45,904 bases of DNA from Escherichia phage vB_EcoS_PTXU06: the sequence record NC_073064.1. One strand, 5' to 3'. The translations under genes were made by a program, and so were the position numbers. A model generated the notes under the pieces. The model saw only the letters and a program-made list of their open reading frames with translations, made no database searches and was not told the DNA's origin. The stretch's first letter is position 1. Each line of letters starts with the position of its first letter. Shown here piece by piece: positions 27,312 through 35,980 of the stretch.

Positions 27312-29135
27312 ATGGCAGCGGGCACACTATCCGTAACGAATAACAGCAAGGCGGTTGTAGGGGTCGGGACAACGTTTACCGCGTTTAACGCTGGCGACTT
27401 CTTAACGCTGGTGGTAGGGCAAGTCCCCTACACCGTAGCAATCGCGTCCGTTGAAAGCGAAACCGCGCTTACGCTGGTGTTACCGTTCGACGGCCCAACG
27501 GCAACCGGCCTTGCGTGGGATGGCGTTAAGCGCGATACCATGTCACTGGCGACGATGGGCGTAACCGTACAGGCACAGAAAGCATTGCGCTTGATGCTTG
27601 CAGATGAAAACAACTGGCGTGCAATCTTCGGCGACGCTGAAGAAATAACCGTGACGTTGCCTAACGGGCAGGTAATGCAGGGTATGTCATGGGGATATCT
27701 GTCGCAGTTGATGAAACAGGTCGACCCAGTTGAGATGCGCAACCTGCAACAGCAAGCCGCCGCATCTGAAGCAGCCGCGCAGGGATACCGGAACGAGGCC
27801 GAAGGCTTCAAGACCGAGACGGCGGGCATTCGCGACGCCACCAATCAGATTAAGGCGGATACGCAGGCGATCCACGACGCCACTAATACCATCAAGACGC
27901 AGACTGACCTGATTAAGACTGATACTCAGGCCATCAAGGACCAGACGAACCAGATCAAGACTGACACCGGCGTTATTCGTGACGAAGCCAATATGGCGAA
28001 GACTGACGCGCAGGCCGCCAGCGCTGCCGCGCAGGGATTTCGCGATCAGGCCGAAGAATGGGCGCAAAGCGTAAACCCCGACAATCTGCTAACCAAATCC
28101 GGCAACCTCGCCGGGCTTGCGGACAAAAGTGCGTCGTGGGCTAACCTTATGCCGTCAGGACCGCTTCGCGTAGGTGCGGACCCCGTAAACACCCTGGACG
28201 CTGCGACTAAAGGGTGGGTGTGGCGCGGTCTTGATGACGTGGGGCTTTGGGGTTTACGCAATAACTACGCTTCAGAACCCGCAGGGGGTGCAGAAGTATA
28301 CGGCGGGCGCTTTGACTCCTCTGTGAACGTCGCAGGGACCGAAAAATACAGAATGTCGATACAGCTTCAGGGGCGTAATAACGTAGACGCCTGGACACGT
28401 TTGGCGACCGCTGACGTCCGCAGCATGGCGAACGCGGCGACGTGGGACTTTAAATATGATGGCAAGATTATTTTCAATAAGGGATTGAGTCCATCGTCCA
28501 CCTCGGCGTCGCCAGGTAATACCTACGTAACCCTTGCGAATACATGGATGGACAGCCAATACTCGGGACACGTCGGCTTTGTTGGAGGCGGGGCGGGGAC
28601 GAGTGGTGGCGGGTGGCGTAACTTTATTTCGTTCGGCGCGCTGATCCACCCGCCCACCGGTAACTCGCACCCCCATGCTATGATTGCGCAGGTCTTTGAT
28701 TATGATTTGGCGTCCGGGACACAGCCTAACGGCGATAGCGTTCGAAACACTACATTCAACCCCGAAGCATACGATATCACCTTCGGCAACAACTTAGGGA
28801 CTGTTAACTATATTTTCGCAAAGTCCCCGGTATCCGATAGGGCGCTGAAGCATGATATCGCCCGGATCGATACTCAAGTTGCGTACGATAACGTTATGAC
28901 TATGGAGTACTCGTCCTTTGTTTATAACTACGACAAAAAAGAGACGGTTAGACGTGGTTTTATCGCGCAGCAGTTGGAAGAGATCGACCCGCAGTATGTC
29001 CGCAAGTACACCAACGCAACCGGTAAAGAGTTTCTGGCATTAGATGAAAACGTCCTACTACTTGACCTAATCGCGACTGTTCAGCATTTGGCGGCGAAGG
29101 TTGAGGCGTTAGAAAGTAAGTTAGCGGAGAAATGA
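27312..29135 (+). CDS. side tail fiber with C-terminal intramolecular chaperone-like domain
   Basis: Start at ATG 27312 with GAGGA RBS; repetitive T/Q/D-rich shaft (IKTDTQAIKDQTNQIKTDTG); C-terminal SDRALKHDI...coiled coil resembles S74-type auto-cleaving chaperone domains. Confidence 0.7.
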   Translation: MAAGTLSVTNNSKAVVGVGTTFTAFNAGDFLTLVVGQVPYTVAIASVESETALTLVLPFDGPTATGLAWDGVKRDTMSLATMGVTVQAQKALRLMLADENNWRAIFGDAEEITVTLPNGQVMQGMSWGYLSQLMKQVDPVEMRNLQQQAAASEAAAQGYRNEAEGFKTETAGIRDATNQIKADTQAIHDATNTIKTQTDLIKTDTQAIKDQTNQIKTDTGVIRDEANMAKTDAQAASAAAQGFRDQAEEWAQSVNPDNLLTKSGNLAGLADKSASWANLMPSGPLRVGADPVNTLDAATKGWVWRGLDDVGLWGLRNNYASEPAGGAEVYGGRFDSSVNVAGTEKYRMSIQLQGRNNVDAWTRLATADVRSMANAATWDFKYDGKIIFNKGLSPSSTSASPGNTYVTLANTWMDSQYSGHVGFVGGGAGTSGGGWRNFISFGALIHPPTGNSHPHAMIAQVFDYDLASGTQPNGDSVRNTTFNPEAYDITFGNNLGTVNYIFAKSPVSDRALKHDIARIDTQVAYDNVMTMEYSSFVYNYDKKETVRRGFIAQQLEEIDPQYVRKYTNATGKEFLALDENVLLLDLIATVQHLAAKVEALESKLAEK

Positions 29136-29139
29136 GAAT

Positions 29140-29164
29140 AAGGGGCCATACGGCCCCTTTTTTA
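29140..29164. terminator. bidirectional rho-independent terminator
   Basis: AAGGGGCC-ATAC-GGCCCCTT hairpin followed by TTTTTT at the switch from plus to minus transcription. Confidence 0.65.
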
Positions 29165-29737
29165 GTTTGAGTTTTCCCAGTCCATTTTGCGCCGCACCAG
29201 CGGGCTTTCAAAGTATTCCTTGCCCTCAACTTCCACCAAAGGCCAGTCGTTCACAATCACGTACGGCTCCGCGATATCCTCAATCACGCCGTGCGCGCTT
29301 TGCGGCCCTAACGACACACCAACCAGGATAACCCCGGCAACTCGACGAGTGAGATACTCGCGAGCGCAACGTGCCTCAACCAGCCCCCTACGGATGCCGC
29401 TGGTGGCCTTAACCTCGTACGCCCAAACGGCATCAATCATATGTTCCCGGAAGTCGGGACCAGACTTTACCTTGCGTTTGCCGACCATGATAATATCGCC
29501 GCGGTCGATAGTGTTAGCGCTAAACAGGCCGGTACGCATTAGCAAACCTTGAGGGATACAGCTACGCCCGCCCGCCTGCCCTTCTAGGTACATGCCCGCA
29601 AACATCTCACCCAGCACACCTACAAGGCGGCTTTGTTTGCACGCGTCAGACTTTAAGCGCCACTGTTCAAACTCTATGCTTGCGATCATTGCTGCGAGGT
29701 GGAATTGTTTACCGGTTATTTCATATTCGCCGTACAT
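29162..29737 (-). CDS. hypothetical protein, possible PD-(D/E)xK-type nuclease
   Basis: 191 aa; GDIIMVGK...IDAVWAYEVKAT resembles a D...ExK nuclease core (weak). Confidence 0.4.
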   Translation of the reverse strand: MYGEYEITGKQFHLAAMIASIEFEQWRLKSDACKQSRLVGVLGEMFAGMYLEGQAGGRSCIPQGLLMRTGLFSANTIDRGDIIMVGKRKVKSGPDFREHMIDAVWAYEVKATSGIRRGLVEARCAREYLTRRVAGVILVGVSLGPQSAHGVIEDIAEPYVIVNDWPLVEVEGKEYFESPLVRRKMDWENSN

Positions 29738-29778
29738 TGTGAATCCCTCATTGATGCGGGCCGAAGCCCGCGATTAAA

Positions 29779-30231
29779 TTATTTAAGTGCGCCAGTCACC
29801 AGTGTTTTTTCCATGTTGCGGAAATCTTCCGGCGTCATGAGGATTTTGGACCCATCTTCGCCGGTGAGCACGACCATAGGCCGGGCGTCTTGATCTGCGG
29901 TGGGGCAACCTTTGAGGCTTTCAAACTGTTCTGCCGTTGTATCGATCTGAATCTCGTCGTGTACGGTCATGTACGACTCGCCCAGCAAGGCCGCATACGC
30001 TACCAGGTCGACGATATTGTCTTCCTGGTGCTTACGGTGCTGGCGCACCAGCTTCAGGCAGATCAAGAAGGTCCATGCTTCTTGCTCGGTCAGGTCGCGA
30101 CCGGTAAGCGCGTTAAACACGGCAGCGATCTGCTTAGCACTTCGTTCTTCTTTCTCGCCGTCATAGCCGTTTTCTTTCCCGCGCTGTTCCATAGTGGTGG
30201 CGGCGTTTTTGCAGTATTCGTATGCTTTCAT
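29779..30231 (-). CDS. hypothetical protein
   Basis: 150-aa ORF downstream of the candidate promoter at 30278-30307. Confidence 0.5.
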   Translation of the reverse strand: MKAYEYCKNAATTMEQRGKENGYDGEKEERSAKQIAAVFNALTGRDLTEQEAWTFLICLKLVRQHRKHQEDNIVDLVAYAALLGESYMTVHDEIQIDTTAEQFESLKGCPTADQDARPMVVLTGEDGSKILMTPEDFRNMEKTLVTGALK

Positions 30232-30277
30232 AGTGTTTTCCTTTTTCGGGGAGGCCGTATTGCCTCCCTGCGCGTTA

Positions 30278-30307
30278 ACTATAGTGCAACCAACCTATTG
30301 GTTGCAA
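30278..30307 (-). promoter_or_regulatory. candidate promoter (-35 TTGCAA, 18-bp spacer, -10 TATAGT) overlapping a palindromic operator-like site
   Basis: Inverted repeat TGCAACCAA-CCTA-TTGGTTGCA at 30285-30306 read directly. Confidence 0.35.
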
Positions 30308-30765
30308 GTAAATTTTGCAACATTTATTGCGTAAATTTTCGGAACCAGATCGCTGCACGCCCGACGAATTGCCGCGATGTTCTTCTCGCAATCTTCAATG
30401 ATGACCAGTTCCGACACGTCCGCATAGCAGACCATTTTGAACACGGCGCACGCCTTAAACTCAGGCGGTGGGGTGTCGTCCAGCATGTGGCGCATAAACA
30501 ACCGACCGACAGGGAAGACCTCCAGTTGCTCGGCGGTAGTCTCCCAGCATTCTCGCTGCCGGTTTGTCAGATACGCGATCTCGAAGCCTTGCTCTTTATA
30601 CATGCTCAACAGCGGCAGCATATCCATGTTAAGGTCTTCGCGTACGTGCGCTTTGTGCCACTTCGCCCAAAATGTTGATTTGGTTTTTATACCTGGAACC
30701 AGGTCGGCGCGTGCATCACTCGAACCATTAATAACGCCATCAAGATCACAAATCAGTAGTTTCAT
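30295..30765 (-). CDS. HAD-superfamily hydrolase, putative 5'(3')-deoxyribonucleotidase-like
   Basis: N-terminal LLICDLDGVI matches the HAD motif I (DxDG) as in phage and eukaryotic 5'-nucleotidases. Confidence 0.5.
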   Translation of the reverse strand: MKLLICDLDGVINGSSDARADLVPGIKTKSTFWAKWHKAHVREDLNMDMLPLLSMYKEQGFEIAYLTNRQRECWETTAEQLEVFPVGRLFMRHMLDDTPPPEFKACAVFKMVCYADVSELVIIEDCEKNIAAIRRACSDLVPKIYAINVAKFTCNQ

Positions 30766-30986
30766 TGTAAGCTCTCAATAAGGGTGTATCGGACGCTGCG
30801 CGCGGAAAACTTGTTACACACAAGATGCCAACGGGCGGTTATGACCAGCCAGCCGGTAAGATCCAGGCCCAGGATATATTCTGGACGTGACACGCGCTTC
30901 ACACGATCGCGGCGCGGGTCGATGTTATAGTCTATTTGCATTCGGACTACTACCGCAGGGTCGCGGTCAACGATTAAGATATTCAA
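30762..30986 (-). CDS. hypothetical protein
   Basis: 74-aa ORF overlapping both neighbours. Confidence 0.4.
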   Translation of the reverse strand: MNILIVDRDPAVVVRMQIDYNIDPRRDRVKRVSRPEYILGLDLTGWLVITARWHLVCNKFSARSVRYTLIESLQ

Positions 30987-31452
30987 GGAGTTCTCCTTCG
31001 CTCATTATTTCAATTTGTGCGCTGCCGATGGGTGGCGCTTCGTCAAAGATTATCAATTGCTGGCACTTGTTATTGCTCGGCCCGACTTCGCCGGTGACGG
31101 CGTGAATGAATCTAATCCGCCAGTCCAGAAGAATTATCAGGTTTGCAGTCTTCCGGGCCAGCTTCGCCCACTTCGTCGACGTGTCCTGATTCAGTAGCAT
31201 GACAGTCCGGCGTCCGTGCGCTGCGCACTCAACCCACGGCAGCGGATCGGAATACGGCGGATTGCACCACTTCCACCCTTTCAACTCTGCCCAGTCCACA
31301 TCAAGCGCGCTGTGCTCTGCCGTGAAGTAACGCGGTAGCAGATGGTTGGCGTCGCTTGCCGCCATGTCATAACGGAATCGGTACTTCCGGCGCAGCGGTT
31401 TAAATAAAGCTGGCGGCGTGCGCCAGCTATCTTTTTGCTCACTCTTCTGCAT
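30967..31452 (-). CDS. DNA N6-adenine methyltransferase (phage Dam-like)
   Basis: 161 aa; N-terminal WRTPP and catalytic NPPYS motif typical of small phage N6A methyltransferases. Confidence 0.75.
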   Translation of the reverse strand: MQKSEQKDSWRTPPALFKPLRRKYRFRYDMAASDANHLLPRYFTAEHSALDVDWAELKGWKWCNPPYSDPLPWVECAAHGRRTVMLLNQDTSTKWAKLARKTANLIILLDWRIRFIHAVTGEVGPSNNKCQQLIIFDEAPPIGSAQIEIMSEGELLEYLNR

Positions 31453-31903
31453 GGTCGGTGTCTATCGCATAAAGTGGAGTCTTACCACCTTTATTGATGA
31501 CGCGCTGCACGCGCTTTGCTTCCTCGACACTAAGCGGGCGCGCGTTCGGGTAGATGCTGCCGTTTGTAGGGTTGCGCCACGCCATGAGCACAAGGTCTTT
31601 CCGGGCGATCGAAGACTGGCGGCTCTTCGGACGCACGTACTCCTCGGCCCGTTTGCAATGCTCGCGCAGACCTTCGGCAGTGATGCGGTTTAATGCAACG
31701 CTGGTTGTGTATCCGGTGCGCTGCATAATACCCATCAACTCATACAGCAGTTCGAAGCGCTCCTCTAATTCCTTGCGCGCCTTCTTCTCGCCTACATATA
31801 GCGCATGGTTGGTGTCCGCCACCGCGTTCGCACGTTCGGCCTGATCGCGGGCTTCTAGGCATTGCGCGGCCCAGTATGCTTTTTCTTCTTGTAAAATTTT
31901 CAT
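31439..31903 (-). CDS. hypothetical protein
   Basis: Start at the internal ATG with GGAG RBS (track start 31963 lies inside a terminator hairpin); coiled-coil-like. Confidence 0.5.
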   Translation of the reverse strand: MKILQEEKAYWAAQCLEARDQAERANAVADTNHALYVGEKKARKELEERFELLYELMGIMQRTGYTTSVALNRITAEGLREHCKRAEEYVRPKSRQSSIARKDLVLMAWRNPTNGSIYPNARPLSVEEAKRVQRVINKGGKTPLYAIDTDHAEE

Positions 31904-31922
31904 CGTGTCGACTCCAGGTATT

Positions 31923-31949
31923 AAAAAAGGGCGTCCAAACCGGACACCC
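31923..31949 (-). terminator. rho-independent terminator (minus strand)
   Basis: On the minus strand GGGTGTCC-GGTTT-GGACGCCC followed by TTTTTT. Confidence 0.55.
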
Positions 31950-31951
31950 TC

Positions 31952-31980
31952 AATATAATGCAACCAATATGATTATGCAA
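31952..31980 (-). promoter_or_regulatory. candidate promoter (-35 TTGCAT, 17-bp spacer, -10 TATATT) built on two ATGCAACCAAT copies
   Basis: Motif copies at 31958-31968 and 31975-31985; hexamers read on the minus strand. Confidence 0.35.
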
Positions 31981-31985
31981 CCAAT

Positions 31986-32303
31986 TTACGCATAAAAATT
32001 CGGGTCGCGCGCGACGTCTACCAGATACAGGTTGCTGATTCGGTTGCCGTAGTGGCCTGGTGTTCGCTGGCGGCACACAACGGCGTAGCCTGGAGGAATT
32101 GTATTGCCGGTCGCGATAATCCACGCCACGCGTGCGCCCGATAGAGTTTTGCCGTTGCATTCGATGCGCGTGCCGCCATCGGCGGTATTGAGGTTGCCAA
32201 TTTTGCAGCCGGTGGACTTCAGACGAATGACGCCGGTTTTGCTGTCGTAGGAGAATAACTGGTTAGTCATTGCAACCGAAAAATCGATGGCTTCGAATGT
32301 CAT
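31986..32303 (-). CDS. HNH_3-like (homing-endonuclease-like) protein, possibly degenerate
   Basis: 105 aa; ARVAWIIATG and GNRISNLYLV resemble HNH_3 proteins but the canonical D-H is replaced (VCRQ); ATGA-coupled to the upstream methyltransferase-like gene. Confidence 0.4.
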   Translation of the reverse strand: MTFEAIDFSVAMTNQLFSYDSKTGVIRLKSTGCKIGNLNTADGGTRIECNGKTLSGARVAWIIATGNTIPPGYAVVCRQRTPGHYGNRISNLYLVDVARDPNFYA

Positions 32304-32995
32304 TTTAAATTTTCCTCGTTAACCGCTATCGCGAAGCCGCGCGGAGTGAGCGACCTGATTAATTTGGTGCGGGCAGATTTGCCTCCGAGGCGACTATACT
32401 GCTTCGAGTACCCTTTTTCAACGAATACAGGCTTTTTCTCTGGCATACGGAAGCCGTTGCCGGTCCATAAGCAGGTCAGCTTCGGATATGAATCACGGGC
32501 GTTGATGTATTCAGGGAATAGCGGGTGCACGTCATCCTCCGGCAAATAGCCGCCATACTCCCACGGGTCAAACGAGTGGTCAGGCTTACGCCATTGAGTG
32601 GAGAGCACGCTGCGCGGGTTCTCAATCAGATACGGCACTTCAAAGAAATCACCCAGGTAAGCGGCGATCTTCGCGGTGCGTACCGCCTTAAGCTGGAAGG
32701 CAGGGTCGCTGGCGCGTTTGCGCGGGAAAGCTGGCGCACCGCTAACCGCCAGATCCGTACACGGCGGGAATGCATAAATGATGTCCGGCGTGCCGAAATC
32801 ACCATTCATCGCACGGTCCACGAAGTCCAGATCGATAAACTCATTGCGATACCGGATTCCGCGACCATAAATCCGGTAGTCAAGGTAAGACCCGTGATCG
32901 GCTTCGGAGTAGTTGAAGCAATAACACTTATGCCCCATCTCGGCAGCACGCTCAATCATCAAGCCGCTGCCGTCGAACAATGACCAGATTATCAT
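32300..32995 (-). CDS. putative DNA (cytosine-5)-methyltransferase-like protein, copy 1
   Basis: 231 aa; LFDGSG (motif I-like), FPPC (motif IV-like catalytic Cys), LIENP (motif VI-like); unusually short for a C5 methyltransferase. Confidence 0.5.
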   Translation of the reverse strand: MIIWSLFDGSGLMIERAAEMGHKCYCFNYSEADHGSYLDYRIYGRGIRYRNEFIDLDFVDRAMNGDFGTPDIIYAFPPCTDLAVSGAPAFPRKRASDPAFQLKAVRTAKIAAYLGDFFEVPYLIENPRSVLSTQWRKPDHSFDPWEYGGYLPEDDVHPLFPEYINARDSYPKLTCLWTGNGFRMPEKKPVFVEKGYSKQYSRLGGKSARTKLIRSLTPRGFAIAVNEENLK

Positions 32996-33168
32996 TTGCG
33001 CGCCTTTTTAGCTTTCATGTATTCCATTAAATCATCCTGAATATCGCGCTTACTGTCGCGACGCTCGGCGACCAGTTCGTCCAGCGTCCCGCGAGCCTGG
33101 ATAATGTAGACGAATACGGGTCGAGGGTGTCCTGCTTGCATCTGGCGAACCGGCCCGATACGTTCAAC
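32992..33168 (-). pseudogene. duplicated 3' fragment of the helicase gene (last ~58 codons)
   Basis: Identical to 34056-34232; the 90-aa track ORF here is a junction chimera of the helicase C-terminus with out-of-frame sequence. Confidence 0.6.
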
Positions 33169-33367
33169 TGCCGGTCGCGATAATCCACGCCACGCGTGCG
33201 CCCGATAGAGTTTTGCCGTTGCATTCGATGCGCGTGCCGCCATCGGCGGTATTGAGGTTGCCAATTTTGCAGCCGGTGGACTTCAGACGAATGACGCCGG
33301 TTTTGCTGTCGTAGGAGAATAACTGGTTAGTCATTGCAACCGAAAAATCGATGGCTTCGAATGTCAT
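33169..33367 (-). pseudogene. truncated 5' copy of the HNH-like gene
   Basis: First ~64 codons identical to 31986-32303, then broken at the duplication junction. Confidence 0.55.
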
Positions 33368-34059
33368 TTTAAATTTTCCTCGTTAACCGCTATCGCGAAG
33401 CCGCGCGGAGTGAGCGACCTGATTAATTTGGTGCGGGCAGATTTGCCTCCGAGGCGACTATACTGCTTCGAGTACCCTTTTTCAACGAATACAGGCTTTT
33501 TCTCTGGCATACGGAAGCCGTTGCCGGTCCATAAGCAGGTCAGCTTCGGATATGAATCACGGGCGTTGATGTATTCAGGGAATAGCGGGTGCACGTCATC
33601 CTCCGGCAAATAGCCGCCATACTCCCACGGGTCAAACGAGTGGTCAGGCTTACGCCATTGAGTGGAGAGCACGCTGCGCGGGTTCTCAATCAGATACGGC
33701 ACTTCAAAGAAATCACCCAGGTAAGCGGCGATCTTCGCGGTGCGTACCGCCTTAAGCTGGAAGGCAGGGTCGCTGGCGCGTTTGCGCGGGAAAGCTGGCG
33801 CACCGCTAACCGCCAGATCCGTACACGGCGGGAATGCATAAATGATGTCCGGCGTGCCGAAATCACCATTCATCGCACGGTCCACGAAGTCCAGATCGAT
33901 AAACTCATTGCGATACCGGATTCCGCGACCATAAATCCGGTAGTCAAGGTAAGACCCGTGATCGGCTTCGGAGTAGTTGAAGCAATAACACTTATGCCCC
34001 ATCTCGGCAGCACGCTCAATCATCAAGCCGCTGCCGTCGAACAATGACCAGATTATCAT
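33364..34059 (-). CDS. putative DNA (cytosine-5)-methyltransferase-like protein, copy 2
   Basis: Translation identical to copy 1. Confidence 0.5.
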   Translation of the reverse strand: MIIWSLFDGSGLMIERAAEMGHKCYCFNYSEADHGSYLDYRIYGRGIRYRNEFIDLDFVDRAMNGDFGTPDIIYAFPPCTDLAVSGAPAFPRKRASDPAFQLKAVRTAKIAAYLGDFFEVPYLIENPRSVLSTQWRKPDHSFDPWEYGGYLPEDDVHPLFPEYINARDSYPKLTCLWTGNGFRMPEKKPVFVEKGYSKQYSRLGGKSARTKLIRSLTPRGFAIAVNEENLK

Positions 34060-35480
34060 TTGCGCGCCTTTTTAGCTTTCATGTATTCCATTAAATCATC
34101 CTGAATATCGCGCTTACTGTCGCGACGCTCGGCGACCAGTTCGTCCAGCGTCCCGCGAGCCTGGATAATGTAGACGAATACGGGTCGAGGGTGTCCTGCT
34201 TGCATCTGGCGAACCGGCCCGATACGTTCAACGATCTGCGAAAAGTGCTCAAAGTTCCAGGTATCGGAGAAGATTGCCAGGTGATGACCGCCGTCCTGCA
34301 AGTTAAGGCCGTGGCCCGCCGATGCCGGGTGTGCAAACATGATGGGGATCTCGCCTCTGTTCCACGCCTCCATATCCTTATTGCCCTGCTTACCTTTACC
34401 CAACGCAACGCCGTGCGGAAATTTCTTCTTAAGACGTGCCAGGTCATGCTTATACTGATACGCAACGAGCAACGGCGCGCCGTTCAACTCCTCCACGATA
34501 CTTTCCAGCGCGTCCAGCTTCGCGTCGTGAATCTTCACCCACTCGTCGGTCCGTTCGCCGTCTTCGTCGACTTTATACACAGCCCCCGAAGCAAGCTGAA
34601 GGCACTTAATAGTCTTCGATGCAGCGTTCGCCGCCTCCACAGTTCCGCTTTCCAGTTCCGCAAATAACTCCGCTTCGAACTGGTCATAAATCTTGCGGGC
34701 TTTCTTCGGCAGGTCCACAACAACCGGCGTATATATTGGCTTGTCGCATCCGAAGTATTCCGCCGCGTCAACGGTTAGCGACACGTCGGACAGGCGTTGT
34801 TGGATCTCTTTCTCGGAGTTCTTAAGCGGGGCGTGCTGCATAGAGAAGCTGCCAGGCTTAACAGGCTTGCTAATGAACCAGCGATCGGTAAATGCCTTAT
34901 AGCTACTGCCGAGGCGTTCGCCACCGTCGACAAACCACGTTTGCCCCCACAGATCTTTCAAGCCATTTGGCGCTGGTGTGCCGGTAAGGTTAATCCAGCG
35001 CTTGACGTGCTTATGTGCGATCGCCGCCAGTGCGCGTGCGCGCTTACTACCCTGCTTACTTCGGTAGCCTTTCAGCTTAGTGGATTCATCGGCAACAACC
35101 ACCGTAAAGGGCCACGCATCGCCGTAATAGTCGACCAGCCACTCAACCACATCGTAGTTAACACAAACCACGTTAGCGTCGCTCTCAAGCGCGGCAATAC
35201 GGTCCTTCTCCGGTCCGGTGCCGTCTACGACCAGCAGGGATGAGAACCGCCATTTCTCCTGTTCCGGGGGCCATGTACCCGACGCAACACGCAGCGGGGC
35301 CAGCACCAGTACGCGGTCCTCATGATGGGACAGGATGCCAGTCTGGAACATTTTGTTCAGCGCCCACATTGTCGCGCCGGTTTTACCCGACCCCATTGTC
35401 GCCCAGATATTGCATCGCTTATGCTTGAGGATGAACGCGGTAATCAACTTCTGATATTCGCGGCGTCGGAATCGTGCCAT
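34056..35480 (-). CDS. SNF2/DEAD-like helicase
   Basis: Walker A GSGKTG, DExx box VVADEST, C-terminal helicase motif QIVERIGPVRQ; start taken at ATG 35480 (MARFRRR); the track ORF extends to a GTG at 35570 overlapping the upstream gene. Confidence 0.8.
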   Translation of the reverse strand: MARFRRREYQKLITAFILKHKRCNIWATMGSGKTGATMWALNKMFQTGILSHHEDRVLVLAPLRVASGTWPPEQEKWRFSSLLVVDGTGPEKDRIAALESDANVVCVNYDVVEWLVDYYGDAWPFTVVVADESTKLKGYRSKQGSKRARALAAIAHKHVKRWINLTGTPAPNGLKDLWGQTWFVDGGERLGSSYKAFTDRWFISKPVKPGSFSMQHAPLKNSEKEIQQRLSDVSLTVDAAEYFGCDKPIYTPVVVDLPKKARKIYDQFEAELFAELESGTVEAANAASKTIKCLQLASGAVYKVDEDGERTDEWVKIHDAKLDALESIVEELNGAPLLVAYQYKHDLARLKKKFPHGVALGKGKQGNKDMEAWNRGEIPIMFAHPASAGHGLNLQDGGHHLAIFSDTWNFEHFSQIVERIGPVRQMQAGHPRPVFVYIIQARGTLDELVAERRDSKRDIQDDLMEYMKAKKARK

Positions 35481-35484
35481 GTCT

Positions 35485-35703
35485 TTATTCCGCCTTTTTC
35501 CAGACTTCGGTTTCACTGTTCCAGTTCCTTTTTGTGGCGTCGTAGTTGGTGGCGTGTCCGATGTGGACACCGGTAGCCCGGAAGCTCTTAAATTTTTGCC
35601 AGCACACCGTCAACGGCAGCGGATCATTCATGCCCGCGATAAACCATACGCGATCGCCCGGTTTACATTCGCCCAGCTTGGTGAGTCGGTAATGTTCTTT
35701 CAT
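35485..35703 (-). CDS. hypothetical protein
   Basis: 72 aa from the ATG with GGGAGA RBS at 7-nt spacing; preceded by a terminator. Confidence 0.4.
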   Translation of the reverse strand: MKEHYRLTKLGECKPGDRVWFIAGMNDPLPLTVCWQKFKSFRATGVHIGHATNYDATKRNWNSETEVWKKAE

Positions 35704-35716
35704 CGTCATGTCTCCC

Positions 35717-35739
35717 AAAAATGGCGGGACAAGCCCGCC
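35717..35739 (-). terminator. rho-independent terminator (minus strand)
   Basis: GGCGGG-CTTGT-CCCGCC hairpin followed by ATTTTT on the minus strand. Confidence 0.55.
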
Positions 35740-35746
35740 GTATTAA

Positions 35747-35920
35747 TTATTTTTGTTCTGCACGGTAGCGGCGCTGCCGTTCGCGCTCTTTCTTATTGCG
35801 GCACGATTTGCACTCTGCCCGATACCCGTCTGGACTGCGCGCAGTCTTACCGGTGTATTTGTGGAACTGGGATAGCGGCTTTACACAGCCGCAATTACTA
35901 CAACGTTTTTCTTCAATCAT
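35747..35920 (-). CDS. small zinc-ribbon protein (CxxC...CxxC), basic C-terminus
   Basis: Start at the internal ATG with GAGGA RBS; CSNCGC...CKSCRNKKERERQRRYR. Confidence 0.4.
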   Translation of the reverse strand: MIEEKRCSNCGCVKPLSQFHKYTGKTARSPDGYRAECKSCRNKKERERQRRYRAEQK

Positions 35921-35951
35921 CTCTAAAATCCTCGATATGGCTAACCGGCAC

Positions 35952-35980
35952 ACTATACCGCTATGCGACCAATTCAGCAA
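35952..35980 (-). promoter_or_regulatory. candidate promoter (-35 TTGCTG, 17-bp spacer, -10 TATAGT) with ATTGGT-type motif variants
   Basis: Read directly on the minus strand; motif variants at 35963-35973 and 35977-35985. Confidence 0.3.

Larger units (their letters stand above)
32105..33168. repeat. tandem duplication, copy 1 (1064 bp)
   Basis: Direct comparison: sequence from 32105 is repeated at 33169 with period 1064; encoded proteins identical. Confidence 0.9.
33169..34232. repeat. tandem duplication, copy 2 (1064 bp)
   Basis: Same as copy 1; junction at 33168/33169 (CGTTCAAC|TGCCGG). Confidence 0.9.

Noticed and set aside
29890-30678. 262-aa plus-strand ORF in the minus-strand block
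   Set aside because: Overlaps two minus-strand genes that have recognisable motifs and RBSs; treated as a shadow ORF.
32992-33264. 90-aa ORF that looks like a separate gene
   Set aside because: It is a chimera spanning the duplication junction: the C-terminal part equals the helicase C-terminus and the N-terminal part is out-of-frame HNH-region sequence. It is called a helicase 3' pseudogene fragment instead.
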